Notes under the pieces: model-generated | What the model was told of the DNA's origin: nothing | The model's input: the letters and a program-made list of their open reading frames with translations, nothing else | The model's database searches: none | Source: Lytechinus pictus | Taxonomy: Eukaryota | Length of the DNA stretch: 64,000 bases | Reading direction: 5' to 3' | Assembly: GCF_037042905.1 (NCBI RefSeq) | Contig: NC_087251.1 | Span: 31,684,001 to 31,748,000 of the forward strand | Shown here: positions 38,864 through 54,300 of the stretch, one piece after another | Layout: each line of letters opens with the position of its first letter | Numbering within the stretch: the stretch's first letter is position 1 | Made by a program: the position numbers and the translations under genes

Positions 38864-39696
38864 CTATCCACATTTCTTTGTCAAGAAAGTCTACCCTACG
38901 CAAGACTATAAATATGCTTTTTTGTAGAATCATCTGCTCAGCGATCACCTGGCATAATGATGATAATGTGCACAAATTGAGCACACACTGTCCATGAATG
39001 CTCATGGCACTAGAATCCAGATTCAACCCGTTACTCCCAACATGACTTGTAAAAAATTGACTCTTGTAATCTAAAAGTTAACATAGTATGTAACACTATA
39101 ATCAGTAGCTTTCAAATACTGATCATTATATAGGCTATATTCAGTAGCTGTAGTTGGATAGAAGATCTGAACAAAACTAGCATGTTGGTGCCATGGTGAT
39201 GACAAATTTGATAGCCCATACTTTTTTTTTCAATGGACATCAAACCCTCATCTCTGGTAAGTCATTCCTTGCAATCATAAAAGATTATGTGTTTTCACAG
39301 AGTCAACACATGCAGGAGAAGCAAAACTATTCATTAAAATTTACATATAATGACCGATCTTGGTTCCTGAAATACGTCTTGCTTGAAAGTAGAGAACATC
39401 TCTTCACATGTACTTCAAGGAAATGAAGAAATCTGTGTTAAAGATCAACACATTCATAATCATTGTATAAGTTTGGTACATATTCTTCAAATAAATCTTT
39501 GTAATAAAACCTTATGACATGAGATGTTGGGTTGGTTCTGTCATAATAAAAACTCTAAACAATGTTTTAAGTGTTTCCCTGCAATAATCAAGACATGAGA
39601 CCCCATTGAGAATGTGGTTCTGAAAACCAGTTCAGGAGATGGTGATGAGAACTTTAATAAAGCAATTTTCTAAGCTGGTTTTGCAAAGTGGTTTAA

Positions 39697-40260
39697 AGGG
39701 ATGGGTCTAGGCTGGAGATATTTATATCTCAATTAATGGAGTAAAATTAACAAAGCAAAATGCTGAAAATTAGATCAAAATCGGATAACAAATAAAAAAA
39801 GTTATTGAAATTTAATGATTTGCATTATTTGGTGAAACAGTTCTAGGCATGTCTTTATGAATATTCATTAGGTGGGCTGATGTCATATCCCTACTTGTTC
39901 TTTTGTATTTTATTATATGAAATTAGGTTTATCCAAAAAATTTCTACCAAAAACAATTGGATTGACAACTGATTAAGAGCATTATTTATTGCTGCAACTT
40001 ATTTCATCATAATGGAGACACATCATCTAAATGAAACATTTATGATTTCATGTAATAACATAAGAAAAAGGAAAGTGGGGATGTGACATCATCAGCCCAC
40101 CTCATGAATATTTATGACGATGTGCATATAACTGTTTTCACAAAATATTGATAACATTTAGAATTCAATAACTTTGTTATCCAATTTTGATGAAATTTCC
40201 AGCATTTTGCTCTGTGAATTTTACTCTATTTATTTTTATATAAACATTTTCAGCCCGGGT
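39697..40260. mobile_element. Non-autonomous DNA transposon (same family as ~7405-7975)
   Basis: Shared gaatattcattaggtgggctgatg and gcaaaatgctgaaaatt motifs, with internal inverted arms. Confidence 0.65.
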
Positions 40261-43200
40261 CCCGTAAAGTTACAATTTATTGTACGCTTGATTTTCACGA
40301 TTGATTTGTACATTGTAGTCAATGCAATCAATAGTTTAAAAATGTCCTACGTTCATTGCTAAGCTTTGTGTTACTGCCCCAGTTTAGCAAAGATGGGGGG
40401 GGGGGGGGTGGTAAAGAAGGCTTTGATTAGATACTGTACATCTATTGTACTCCCTGTCAACTTTATTGCAGTTTCTGTGAACTTTGATCCATCATGGTGC
40501 AAGGGGCAAATATATGCATTATTAAGATTTCATCATAAAACCGGTATTTATAACATTTTTATAACTACTTTGCTTGTTCTATCATAAATACACGTATCAT
40601 CAACTACAAAATAAACATTGGTATTCTTCGTTTGTAAATAATTACCTCCAGTGGATAATGGTGACAATGGAATGTGTGATATGTTTCTAATGAAGCCTCT
40701 ATTCTAGTGTTATATTAATTATGAGATTTGAAAAAAGTTATTGGACTCATCAATAAAGGAAGTGTCAAAGCAACTGATCTGTTAATATTGTTAATGTGTA
40801 ACTTAGGGCAAGTATATTTGACAGGAAGGGAAGCATGAAATATTTTGAAATATGAATAAACTGTATGTTCTATATGCCCGTTTTTTTCCTCAAAGGTCAG
40901 CTACAGTCAACCAATTCATGATTCAATCATCAGCTGTGAGTGAATTATATAACAATGTTAGATTCTATTCTAAACACCCCAAATAAATAAATATATTAAT
41001 TAATCAATACAAAGATAATACTACTAAATAAAAAAGAAATAGTAAATAATAACAATAATAATAGCAGCATATTTACCCAGGGTAGCCACTTCAGTTCCGA
41101 AAACTGTTCTCCCAGCGGGTCCTGCTATTATTACCCCGGGGTAATATAATATTAGGGGTTGCGAGAAAGTCACAACTTTTTGGTGTTGGAAGAGAAGTTT
41201 ATTTCACAAATTTGTGCTTGATGGTATGAGTAGGCTTATTTAGCATGTAGTTGAAGGCATAAAAGTATATAATGAAAAAAAATAAGGAAAATAATAATTA
41301 TAATAGATAAATAATTGGAATATAAAATTAAATAAATAAATGGATAAAAACGAATTCAACAAAAAATAGAAAAAAAATAGAAATTAAGATTTTCATATAA
41401 TTTTTTTTTAATGGAATGCAATTCACTTCTAAAAATTAACCATATCTGGTATTTTGGGGCAAAAATTACTGTCTTTGTTTTTCCCGATTCTGAACCCACT
41501 CATCTTTAATATTGGCAATCATTTGTCATTGTCTTATCAATCAGAATAGATTATTGAAATGCAATTTTTAAAATCTGAAAACCATAAAGGCTACAGATAA
41601 TTTGCTATTTTGTGACTAATAGGGTGCCAATTCTGTCCACAAACTTCTCTCCATATTAAGTGTTTTACACATACTTAGACATTACTTCATTAATAATGTT
41701 TTTGTCTATATGATTACATGTTTGCAACAAACTTTAAATATTGACTTTGAACATATCTACTCATTTTTCAGACAACAGTCCTCTTTAAAAAAATCAAGCA
41801 GTAGAAAGCACATACAGCACAATTAATTGTTTTGAACCACTGTACAAAAAAATATATGGGTAATCTCATGCTCCAAAATATTTAAGAAACTTCCATTTCA
41901 CATCTTTACAATGCACACAGAAACATCAAGGAAAACAAAACAACTGTTTCTTACTTTAGGCTAATGAGACATTAAAACCCATATATTAAAGGATAAAGGG
42001 CAAGAATAATGGCAGTAAAAGAGTCATTAAAGCAGAAAAGGGGAGGCCCCCCAAAAAGACATATAAGTTAGTATTAAGTATCACTATACATGCATTTGTG
42101 ATGAATATCCTAAGAAACAATCACACCTTTCACCCCTTTCCAAATAATACATTATAAATCATATCATGCTAATATCATGCACTAACACATTACACCAGAA
42201 ATAATTTGTATGTTTCATTATACACCGGTTTGTGGCATTTATTGATAATTTTTTTATTTCATTATCATCATAAAAATATATATATATTTACAAAATTGGC
42301 ATAATTGACAAAGAAATGAACACATAATAGTTAGAATGATACTTCAATCATTTAGTACAGTGTATTCTATATTTCTTTCCATTTCCTCAATTAAAGTTCA
42401 CTTTATAAATGCTTTCAGCTTTTGAATGAACTATAAAATAAAAAAATTCAAAGAGTTATGACTCCATGATAAAACTATCAAAAGTCACAATAATATGCAA
42501 GCTATCAAATATATCTCATAATAGAATTATATAGTTTCCCTTTTGGGGGGAAGTAATGAACAAAACTTGACTGTCTACATGAACTCAGACTTGAGATTCA
42601 GGTAACTTTGCCTAAGTTGTATCTTTTTTAACCACAGAAATCTGTTTGGTTTAGGAGAAATTGAACTTACAATGGGTAAACAGGTCTTAACATTTCTTCG
42701 CATTGGGAGTGTATTTGACTTCTGAAAGGTCAACTTATGCAAGTAATAACTCATGAAATGGTCTTTTCCATCAGAAGCCAAATAAACAAATACATAGACC
42801 TACTACTGATATTGCTAAACTAGTGTTCAACTAATTAGAGTTGAATTTCATTCTCCTTTAATGTTAATACCAAGACAGAGTACACCTTTATTAATTGTGC
42901 AGCTTTATTCTAAGCATCCTGGGGTGCCAAGAGAAAAAAAAAGTGAATGAAGTTACAGTTAAATTCATTACATATATCTAAATGGTGTAAACAATATACC
43001 CCAATACCACTCTCACTGCTAATGAAATTAGGGCAATGTCATTTCGTCAACTGCCAAAGCAGATGTCTGATAGAGATATCATGTAGTAGGACAAAATAGA
43101 CCAGTTCGTAGTTACTTCTGGACAATTATGGTCAAATGACCTTTCATTTCTTTCATTATGATAGGCAGATTTCAAAGCAAGATATTACGTAAGCTTGCAT

Positions 43201-45129
43201 TACATAGCAGGATGAAGAAATTGAATAGACCAGGTGACTAAAATAGCACACAAATGAACACTTTATGAAGGTATTTGTTGCATTCCTACTTTGAATGCAA
43301 ATCATAGCATGTTGCACAATGTACTTGGCAAACTGTGAAATACCAGTCGTTCGTGGACGCATTGTTGTTTTTCATGGATGTAAATGAAAACCACAATTCA
43401 AAAGAATATATGAATAATCAAGACATCAAAGTTGGTGCTTATCTCATTAGATTTTAAACCACCATGTCACTTCAGTACAAATGACCTTCCTCTGATCATG
43501 CATAGAATCTTTTGATCATGCGCAGAAAGGAACTACGAACTGGCTTATTGCAATATGTCATGAGTTGGTCCAGTGATAAATTGGTTATTGAAATGGTCAT
43601 GAACTTCCACAAAATGAAACTTCTCATTTTGATGTGTTCATACTGTGTCCTCACAGTAGTCCAAATTAAAATACTAGAACTTTTAACTTTAGCTGAATTG
43701 AATGAATTAAAATGAAATGAGCAAGGTGAGTGTGACACATGGTTCTCACATCAGATCAACACTCACATTTTGCACACTCAAGTTATACAGTTTGAAATAT
43801 ATAATGCTGCTTAATGAAATAATACAAAACATTTGAATTTATCAAATTGGCTTGGTCTTGAATGTTCAAACACTGCTTCACTGTATATCAATTTTCATTA
43901 AAATTGATTTGCACTGAGGTTTGAGTATTATCAACATCAACCAAACCTCACCAAGGACAACCTTTTTAAATGGAATACCATACCATGATAGAAACCATCT
44001 GCAGTTTTCATTAACATTGAAGAAATAATTTCTTTCAAGATTCCTGCCGGAAATGTTAATATTTAACAAACTTCATAAATGGGTTAAGCAAACAGAAATA
44101 CATAGAATTTTTATATTTGCAGGATGTTACTTGCAACTAGATAAACAAGATGGCATGTCTTTTGCATAAAGGAAATAAACCAACTGAATGATGAGGGTAT
44201 ATAGACATAAAAAATGATATGAATACATATTCAAAATCAAATATAAAAAAATCCGTAAACAAAGACTTTTTTACAGTTATTTTATTTATTTGATTTTGAT
44301 CATTTTTATTTCACTGGCTGTAAGCAGGACATTTACCACTTTGTTTGTATATAAATAGGCATTGTCCACATGATACACAAAAATCTTTTCAATCTTGAAT
44401 GAATACCATATCTGCAGACATACATTGTAATATACCGGATAGACCAATATTGATTCTGTTCCAAGTACCGAAAGGTAAATACTCATTTAAACTTTCATCT
44501 ACTTGCTGCTGTATTTTCAAACACCTTTGTTGCTATATGATTTCTTCAAAACAGAGATGTACTACTCTCGGGCTCCATGATAAAAAGGTTCAATCAAGAA
44601 TTCAAGATCAATATTACATATACATTTTGTTCAAACACTGACCAGGAACCACACGGAAGTGTTCTTTCACATTTGTTGTCCATCGCAAGCATTTGTGTCA
44701 CAGGGCCCAGTATGAAAATGTATGATGCAGTGCACAACTGTCCATCCATTTCTGTTAAAGTATTTCATTTTTGTGACTCTGCTCCAATGTTGAATCAATG
44801 ATAATTGTAAGGCCAATACTGTTCATTTATCCCTCCATTTTTTTTCCAAATGACTTTTTGGATTGCTTCTGTTGGTATACTTCATTTTATTTAAAACAAT
44901 ATCAGCAGGTGATGCTAAGCTACCCTCATGAATAACATTAAGCTGATCAAATCTTTTCAACTTACCATACAGATGAATGGGAAGGAATTACTTTACACTG
45001 ATGTGACACTGCTCAAAAATTAAGTAAGAGAGTGCTCCAAGGCAAGTCCTCCCTTAATGCACCCGTTGTCTAATTTCTTCTTGATTCTCGATTACATCTG
45101 CTGCTTTGTACAGGAAATGAAAGTAATAT

Positions 45130-45305
45130 ATAGCATTTATGAGGCGCTGATTATCTAGTTGCCTATTCAATAGCATACTATATATTACCCCGGCTTTAGC
45201 TCCAGCTGCTGAAAGTGCTTGGTGCATTCAAGGAATTAATCCTGCCGGGTACCCCTTTATCTAACCTGGGTTGAGTGCGGCACAACATGGATCAATTTCT
45301 TGCAG
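45130..45305 (-). mobile_element. SINE fragment in the CRLS1 3' UTR region
   Basis: ttaccccggctttagct..gcattcaaggaattaatcctgccgggtacc shared with the copies at 49310-49400 and 32325-32415. Confidence 0.65.
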
Positions 45306-45367
45306 AAGAAACCTACCTCTCACAATCCTATTCAGGGGATGTACTCAAAGGTACTGCACAGGGTTCA

Positions 45368-48300
45368 TCATCTATTCCTGTTTAAGTATTTGAAGACATC
45401 TCGAGAGAAGCAATAACTCAGACCAGATAATACTGTAGTAGAGGCCGTCACATACCTAGAAATGAACATATTGAAATACGTATCACACAAATCACACAAC
45501 CATGTCCTACTCTGTATTAATTCAAGGCAATTCTGTCAAAGCTGAATTGATATGATCTACAAAAATAACTTTGGATTTAAATACATTGCGGTGATGTGAT
45601 TAAGGCTAGAGCCAAAACCAGTGACTCCACAAACACATAAATAAATTGATCCAATTGATATTTGTAAAGGGACTAGTAAAGTTAACAAGTGGAACACCTC
45701 TGGCAGTCTCGCCTGCATTACGCGATTTAATATAGCAGCAGTGCTAACTTTGAAAACTACTATAAAATAATCATTCACAAAAACACCATTCATATAATGA
45801 CATAATACCACATGGGCATTTTCACGGTAACTGACATTACACGGCACAATGTTTTCACACCTTTCATTGTGTATATCTCTAAAACAACAAATGATGGGAG
45901 TTTGCTTTTGATAGAGTTAATAAAGTGAACCTTGCTGTATACTCTGATACTAAGTTTTCCTATGTAACCACATTTTTTTACGCATCAGCAAGCAAAAATG
46001 TGTCGGTAACTGACATTACGCAAAAGGACATGCAATTTCAGGGTGTTCATTAAAATTGAAATATCTCATGTCCCTGAGTAGATAGAGTAATAATTTGAAT
46101 ATGTAAACATACCTCCGTTACTAGGTTAAGATGTGTCAAAATATTAAACAATTCGTATTTGTCTTTTGGGGGCTATGATAATTTTTCCACAACCATGCTG
46201 GTAACTGACATTACGGTAACTGACATTACACTTAATTTGCCATAGAGATAACACATGGAAGTCAAATGTGTGGAATCATTGCATTGTATCTTCTGTGCAG
46301 GGCTTCACATGAAAGTGAGCTTGATGTGGAAGTATACCCGAGTTTCTAGGAACATTTCAATGAAAAACTATTTTTTTTTTCTTAATTCCTTTCTTTGATT
46401 TGAACATTTTTATCATTAGGGTACTTGTCGGTAACTGACAATACACATTAACATTTACCAGTGCTATATGATTTTCAAAGGCATAATTTTTTTGGTACTT
46501 ATATGTAAGGCTTTTTAAAATCATAAAAGTTTCATAATACTTCACATTTTTAATTGTCAAAAGATAAGAAATGTATGTTTACTTACTGGGGGGGGGGGTG
46601 GGGTCATAGCAGCTACATGTTTTCCTATAGTAATTTAATATTGCATTGACTGTACACATGGATTTTTCTGACTATACACTCATAATATATTCATCAGTTT
46701 TATATTGACTTTTTAAACCTTTTCCTTCTCCAACCTCCCCCTCCCCTCAAAAAAGGCAAAATGAATAAGGGTCTCCTCCCTAGGCTACACGTACCCCTCC
46801 CCCGAATCTCATGCAGCCATGTAGTTTTATTGATTTCTATTCTGGTCAGTGCAAGCAATGCTTATCTGTCGAATTTCAATTCTCTTCATAATTTGTTTAA
46901 TCATTTTCTTTGCTAATTTCTTTTTTAAGCTGTCAACAAAAAATAAACTCCAGCTTCTAAACTGAAACTAAACTATTTGTAAATTAGAGAAAAAAAAAAG
47001 TTTTAGTAGATCCATGCAACATTGATAAGAACTGTCAAATTTAATTTTTCATCTATACTTGTAAGTTGTAAACCAAAAACAAAATTGTATCACACATCCA
47101 CACTACCAACAGGTATAAAAACCAGGAATTTACTTTTAGCGAGGCAATGCTCAAAAGAATCCTAGAAACTAAAAAAGGGACCCTGGAAATCCCCTTCATC
47201 ACAATGTTCAGCTTAAAAAATGTTGCAGATTTAGGCAATAGGTTGGGAAAAGTACCCCCTACCCCCCAAAAAAAAAACCAAACAAAAAATTGTCTGATAC
47301 AAACAATTAGGTACTTGGTAAGTGCATGTACAAAACAATTTCATAGTAATTTTTTTTTTGCACGATGGGAATGCAACTTCCTTCATAATTTCATATTGTA
47401 TTCCTTGTGAACTATACCTTTTAAAAGTCAATAGCAAGCTCCTTCTGGTGTGACTTTTAAAGTGAAAGACTTAAATAACAAGTATACAATATTTCTTCAC
47501 CATAAAATTGACCACATATTTGCATTTCAATATTGATAAACAACGTTTTATCATGGTAACTGACATTACATCTCGGTAACTGACATTACATTTTCCACTT
47601 GGTAACTAACATTACATATATTTAATGGTACCCTATGGCTTCATTGTGAATTGGTAATCTTTAATTTTGGTGTAGAAGGGAGGGGTGTTACCTAGAGAGG
47701 AAATCTACCAAGTTTCATATAATATATCCTCTTTTCCAGGAAATGAGAAAAAAAAGTTCATGTTTTCGGTAACTGACATTACATATCATATCACATACTT
47801 CATCAATGTTTTTTTATCAGATGAATGAATTACTGGTGTTTCTTTCTGTAGGATTTTAAAAAGTGTTATAATAGCAAGCTAAATCACAGGTGAAAACATC
47901 ATGTTCAAACCTGTTCTTTAAAAATCTGTCAAAACAAAATATGTATCAATATACTATTTTCAACACTAATTTGTATCCATACTTTGGCAGCCATTTTGAA
48001 ATAAAAAATGGCTGCCAGAGTCGGAAAAAAAAAATTCTCAGAAACTTCAGGTCTTGTTTTATTGAAAAACATAAAGCATTTGACATGAATATCAACTTGA
48101 TTTTTTTGCCTCTGTGTCCATCTGTGGTGAAAATGCCCACATTCATTGACCATAAATGACATTTGAACGGTGACTTAAGACTTGTCAACTACACCCATGT
48201 CCACATTTCATTCACTCTATCCATAAACTTTGATGGCAATTCAACAATTACCCCAACATGGCCTAAGTTTATTGACCTTAACTGACCTTTGACCTTGGTT

Positions 48301-51300
48301 TTGTGACCTGAAACTCACAGGGGATGTTCAGTGATACTTGATTACTCTTGTATCCCAAGTTTTATGAACTAGATCCATAAACTTTCATAGTTAGGATGGT
48401 AATTTAACAAATACCCCCAACACGGCCAAAGTTCATTGACCTTAAATGACCATTGACTATGGTCATGTGACCTGAAACTCGCACAGGATATTCAGTGGTA
48501 CTTGATTAACCTAATGTCCAAGTTTCATGAACTAGATCCATAAATTTTCAAAGTTATGATAGTAATTTAACAAATACCCCCATTTTGACTAAAGTTCATT
48601 GACCCTAAATGACCTTTGACCTTGGTCATGTGACCTGAAACTCAAGCAGGATGTTTAGTAATACTTGATAAACCTTATGCCCAAGTTTCATGAACTAGGT
48701 CCATATACTTTCTAAGTTATGATGTCATTTCAAAAACTTAACCTTAGGTTAAGATTTGATGTTGACGCCGCCGTCGGAAAAGCGGCGCCTATAGTCTCGC
48801 TCTGCTATGCAGGCGAGACAAAAACCAGACTTGATTTGTGCCAAATAATTGTCACTCATTACAACCCTGATCTTAATCTGGAAGATGGGTCTTGATATTG
48901 CTGTTGACTAGGCCTGGGACGAATATCTTTTTTGCTGTTCAATTGTTCACCAGTGTTAACAATCAAATAATTTGAACTATGGATAATCAGATATCACAAG
49001 AAATTGTTTGACTCGTTTTACTCCCAAGAGTACTGTTGACCCCAGTTGAAAGAACTACCGATTTCTAGTCTGAAATTCAGACTGCTATAGTGTGTCTTAC
49101 CATAAACCATGAAGAAATGGATGATCTGTGAGGGCAAAGACAGGGGCAACAAGAGTGAATCCAACAAGAGATAACTGGACTGCAGTATTAACCTATAAAT
49201 GAAAGATTAAAAGAAAGCATTACTCAATTCTTGAAGTAATAATAACAATAGTAATAAAAGCTGGATTTATAAAGTGCTTTTTGCCTAGGGAAACAAAGCG
49301 CTGCTATTATTACATCAGCTTTAGCTCGAGCTACCATCACCGGCGCTTAGTGCATTCAAGGAATTAATCCTGCCGGGTACCCATTCACCTCACCTGGATC
49401 GAGTGCAGCACAGTTTGGATAAATTTCTTGCTGAAAGAAAAACACGCCATGGGTAGGATTCAAACCCACGACCCTCTGTTTGAAAGGCAAGAGTCAGAAC
49501 CACTAGACCACGACATGCCCTTGTACAATAATTTTACCCACTGGTGCTAGTTTATATGGTTATTATCATATTAATTCTGACAATATAAGAAACAGAGGGG
49601 GGGGGGGGGTCATGAAGAATTGCCAATCCCCCTCCCCCCATATCATGCAATGCAAATATATATGTTAATGAAAGCACTATAAAACAAGGCATGAAAAATA
49701 CCCCTAAACATACAAAATTGCAATTTTTTGGGTGCGCTTAGAGCAAATTTCTGTATTATTATTTGGCATGCAGAGTGCACTAAAAATATTGGACATTTTT
49801 ATCAGTCCCCCCCCCCCCCTCTAAATCATAGATTGATAACCCCAATATTAGATGTTATGAACCAATTTCCTTATCATGATTTATTTAAATGAGACAAAGA
49901 TTGATTGTAAGTTCAGTAATGGTGCTGTAATTGGAAGCATATTTACAAAAACAATTATAACAATAATGTAGTGAGATTTGTCCCAGGACCACCTTCATTA
50001 AAAGTATATTGTAGCGCAGATAATAACATGCAACATTTATATAGGGCTTAATACAAAGTTTATAAGCGCTGCAAACTTTTAGCACAGCTACCCTGGTCAG
50101 GCGCTCAATCATGCAAGAAATCCCCTACTGGGTAACCCTTTACTACACCAGGGTGGAGAGTGGCAAATGTAGATAAATGCCTTGCCAAAGGACAAGAGTG
50201 CAATGGTAGGCTTTGAACCTCGGACCTTGTGGTTCAAAGTCCCAGACTTATTAACTGAGCCACAGCAACTCTACAGATGTCAAAAAGTGGTCCAAACACC
50301 TATACCAAACTTGGAATCATTCAATTTCCAATGACAATAATACGTTCTTACCTTACTTATAAATGTAGGCTTCATCTGTACAGTGGCATGTGTGAGATCA
50401 AAGTATCTTCTTAACGTGATTGGCGGTGGTAAGGATTGATAGCGTAGGTAGAAGGCAGCAGACATGAGACCTATATCCCTCAGAATAATTAGAGCCGTCA
50501 GGGGTACTGGTCAGGAAAATAGAAAATCACAAAGAGAACTTGGATTTGACTTAGTATTTCTGTCTTTGGATGCTATGATGATTAAAGTGGTGCTCCAGTG
50601 GGGGTTGAATCTACCACCCCCTTGAGATCTCGCCCGCCGACTGCATGAACATCATGAAAATTGGCATGATAATTGTGTGGGATGTGATCTATAAGGCTGT
50701 ATGGTTAATTTTTCCGAAAAAGATTTTTTTCATATGAATTATTTATGCTAATTTATGCATAAATCATACTTTTTGCTCTAATTCACAAAAAAAGCTCCAA
50801 GAATGCTAATTTTGGTACTAATATTCTGTATACCATTGCTAACAATTACAAATTTAAAAAAATCTGGTTTGAAAATGAATTTCTTATGTATTTTATTGTT
50901 TTATGAATTTCTTTTGTATTTCTTTGTTTTTATACGTTTTTTTGCAATTTTTGGTCTGACATGCACTTATGTAATGTTGCAACCACATAACCGGGCATCA
51001 TAAATTTGGTCTAAAAGATGCACAAGACTTAAAAAAGTAAAGTCAGTGAATGACTTGGTCGAAAATTTCGCGGAGCGGAATGGTCGTGGGAAAGCTCGAA
51101 GGGCGAGTTGATTCAAACCCCCCCCCCCCAGCGGCTTTAGGGTTAAAATTCAATAACTTTTTTATTTGTTATTAAATTTTAATTTTTAATAATTTCAGCC
51201 CAGAGTACCCCTCTAAACGGTAATAAAAAAAAATATTTGATACAGACCCTCACTTTGTGAACTAGCAGACATAGAGCATAAGCATAAAACAAAGCATTTG

Positions 51301-54300
51301 ATGGGCCTACAGTTCTACTATCCTACCTTTATTTCCCTGTCTGTGATATTACCATGCTATCTCCATTAAATGAAACTTATCACTTGGAATTTGATTTCTA
51401 TTTTGTTAGAAAATCAGGAGTCAATGGATTATCTGGAAGGACATCACAGAACACACATACATGTGCTATCAATCTTTGGAGCAAACTAGGTGAAGCGGCA
51501 GCAAATAAAGGAACCAAAACTTGAGTCTTGAACAAAAACCTATGTCTTGAACTTATTTCAAGTAGCGGAGAGCACATAATTTCTCAACTTCAATTGCTAT
51601 CAGAAAAGAAATCAAACTTTTTTTTTCATATATTGTATTAAAAAAAATATTCATTCAGGAGATAAAATTGAAGATCTTTAAGAACCGCGGATTAAAAGAC
51701 AGATATTCCTGATGTGCAGAAAATGAATAGCTTTCAAAAACAAAACCCTACATCAAAGATGCTGATTACAGAGCAATTTCATCAAATAAGCCTGTTCACG
51801 GTTGGAAACTGCGCACGAGCAGAAAAAGGTCATTTGAGATCAACCATGAAGGTGGCTTTCAAATTCACTGACATAGGCATTTGTGATTTGATGATTATTC
51901 ATGTATTCCTTTCAAAATATTCATTTTATCACATCCAAGCTTAAGAGTAATAAATAGAGCATTTATAATCACTGGTATTTGACAGTAGCCTAAAAACTTC
52001 CAAACTTTATCCCTGATGTACTATTCTAGTCACCTGGTCTATACAATGCCTTTTGTTCTTAGAATACTCTACCGGTAAAGCTTACGCAACATCTACATTT
52101 GAAAATTATAGTGCTTATCCTAATGAAAAATCACAAAAGTCATTTGAGAAAAATTGATCATGAGCTAACAACCGTGAACTGGCTTATTGAGAATCACCTA
52201 CAAGCGTTTTTTTTATAAAACAGAAAGTTTTCCTACCCAAAAAAATCTACAGAAAATAAGTTGATATTCAATAGAGGAACCCTATGGAAGTGTAAAAAGA
52301 AAAAAACCTTTTAGTACACTAAAATTTGTCTCCTATGAAGCATGTCCATTAATTAATATGTTGAATACATATGTCAATGATAATATTACGTTTTGGCCCC
52401 TACCACAAACCACGGCCTTAAAGGGTAGCCTACCATTTTGTTTGATGCTTGATGTAGTATACTATATTGTATTTTATGGTTGAAATAATAATAATCCGCT
52501 TTTATATAGCGCTTAAGACATCGTGTCTAAGCGCTTTACAGATACATTATAACCCCGGTCATCGGATTCAATCAGTCATTCCCGCACACAATGTGTGCAC
52601 ATCCTCCACTCCCTGGGGAGTATTCCAGTCAGTCGCCGGTGAGGCGCATACAGTACTGGACAAGCTACAATGACTTTCACATCCTACCAGGTACCCATTT
52701 AGCACCTGGGTCGAGAGTGGCAAAGTGTGGATTAACGCCTTGCCAAAGGATGCCAGACCGCGGTGGGATTCGAACACACGACCCTCTGTTTACAAGGCGA
52801 GAGTCAGAACCACTACACCATGGCTCCTCCACAAAAAAAAAAAAAGGAACTTGAGATGAGGGCGCCGGTCAAGAAGACTACCGGTATACTCACATGGAAT
52901 AAGCTCACTGTAGGTCAAGCTGACGGTGAGAATACTGATGAGACATTTATCAGCCAGAGGATCAATTATTGAACCAAGTACGGATTGCTGATTTTCAAAA
53001 TTCCTTGCTATCCATCCATCTAGCTGTGAAATAAAAAGAGAAAAGAAAAGTTTGATGCAAGAAAAGTGAAAACTGCAAGCATAATAAAATTTCTTTAATA
53101 CTATTTCATAAAGAGTCAGTAAAACTGATTGATGTTCAAAAGGGGAGTTTTCAAATATGAATGTCACAAGACTGACAAGAGTAAAAAAAAAATTTGCAAT
53201 CTACACAAGTCAATATTCAAAGATTATAAAATGGTTTTTGCACACAAAGAATGTTGTTTACCTATGTGAATTGCATGCTTTGTATCTTTGTTTCTTGCCT
53301 TGCTAAATAAAAAAAACATTAATGGCATTGGGTTTTGTAAACACGTGTTAAGAAATCAAGAAATGCTGATGAATTGCAGCAAGAAAAAAAAGCCTACAGA
53401 ATAATGTTCATGACAATGATAAAACATTCAAATATTATGTTATATTGTGCAGCCTGATGTTACAATGTGGGAAAAAAGACAATGTGCCAATTACCAGATC
53501 AGATAGCCCAGCGAGAAGAAAGAGTGAAGAACCGAGTAAATACTGCTCATTGATCACAAGGTAACCAATGTACGGAGACAGAGCTAGCCGCATTGTCGTC
53601 AGCAAGTTTGGGATCGTGAAAATGTTCTCTCTCTGAAAATGTACAAAAAAGGAGATTGATTTATGTAAAATATAAACAAGAGATCAAAATTCACAAAGGT
53701 TAGTTGCATCAAAACATGTCATTAACACATCATTTCACATCACATCATGCTATTTGATGTGTGACTTTCACCCATTTTGGGGAAATGCAAATTAAACATG
53801 CCCAGATGTTGAATTTATCTCATGGGTTAAGGTTAACCCACTTTTGTGATATTGGATTGTAAATACATGAATAGGCTGTGAAATATGAAATTTGTGTCCA
53901 CATTAATAGCAAAGTTATTGATCACTTTTTTTCTAATTTAACTCAAATACTTCAATTACAATCATCCCACCATCTGAAAGTTGTAGTATCAAGACACTGA
54001 TAAAATTCATATGAATATCCCAACTTACCAATTCCTTTACTTTAATCTTGCTCTTTTCAACCTGCTCTTGAACTTTTTTCTTTGTCTCTTCGAAATCATT
54101 GGCCCCCTTCTTCTTGGCCTGTCGCAGTAGATTTACTCCACCCTGCTTGAGTAATGCATAGCCAAGCTTCACTTGAAATGCTTCTTCTCGCTGCCTACGA
54201 CATTTTGTCTTTGGCTTATCATTGCTAGGATGAGTTGTGTTTGAGAAGAAACAAAGACATGGTCTGGCTGATACAAGGTAACTTTGTCTCTGAAGTTGAT

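Noticed and set aside
52760..52830. tRNA gene
   Set aside because: The A/B boxes are the head of a SINE that continues into a shared core and tail; no full cloverleaf was verified.
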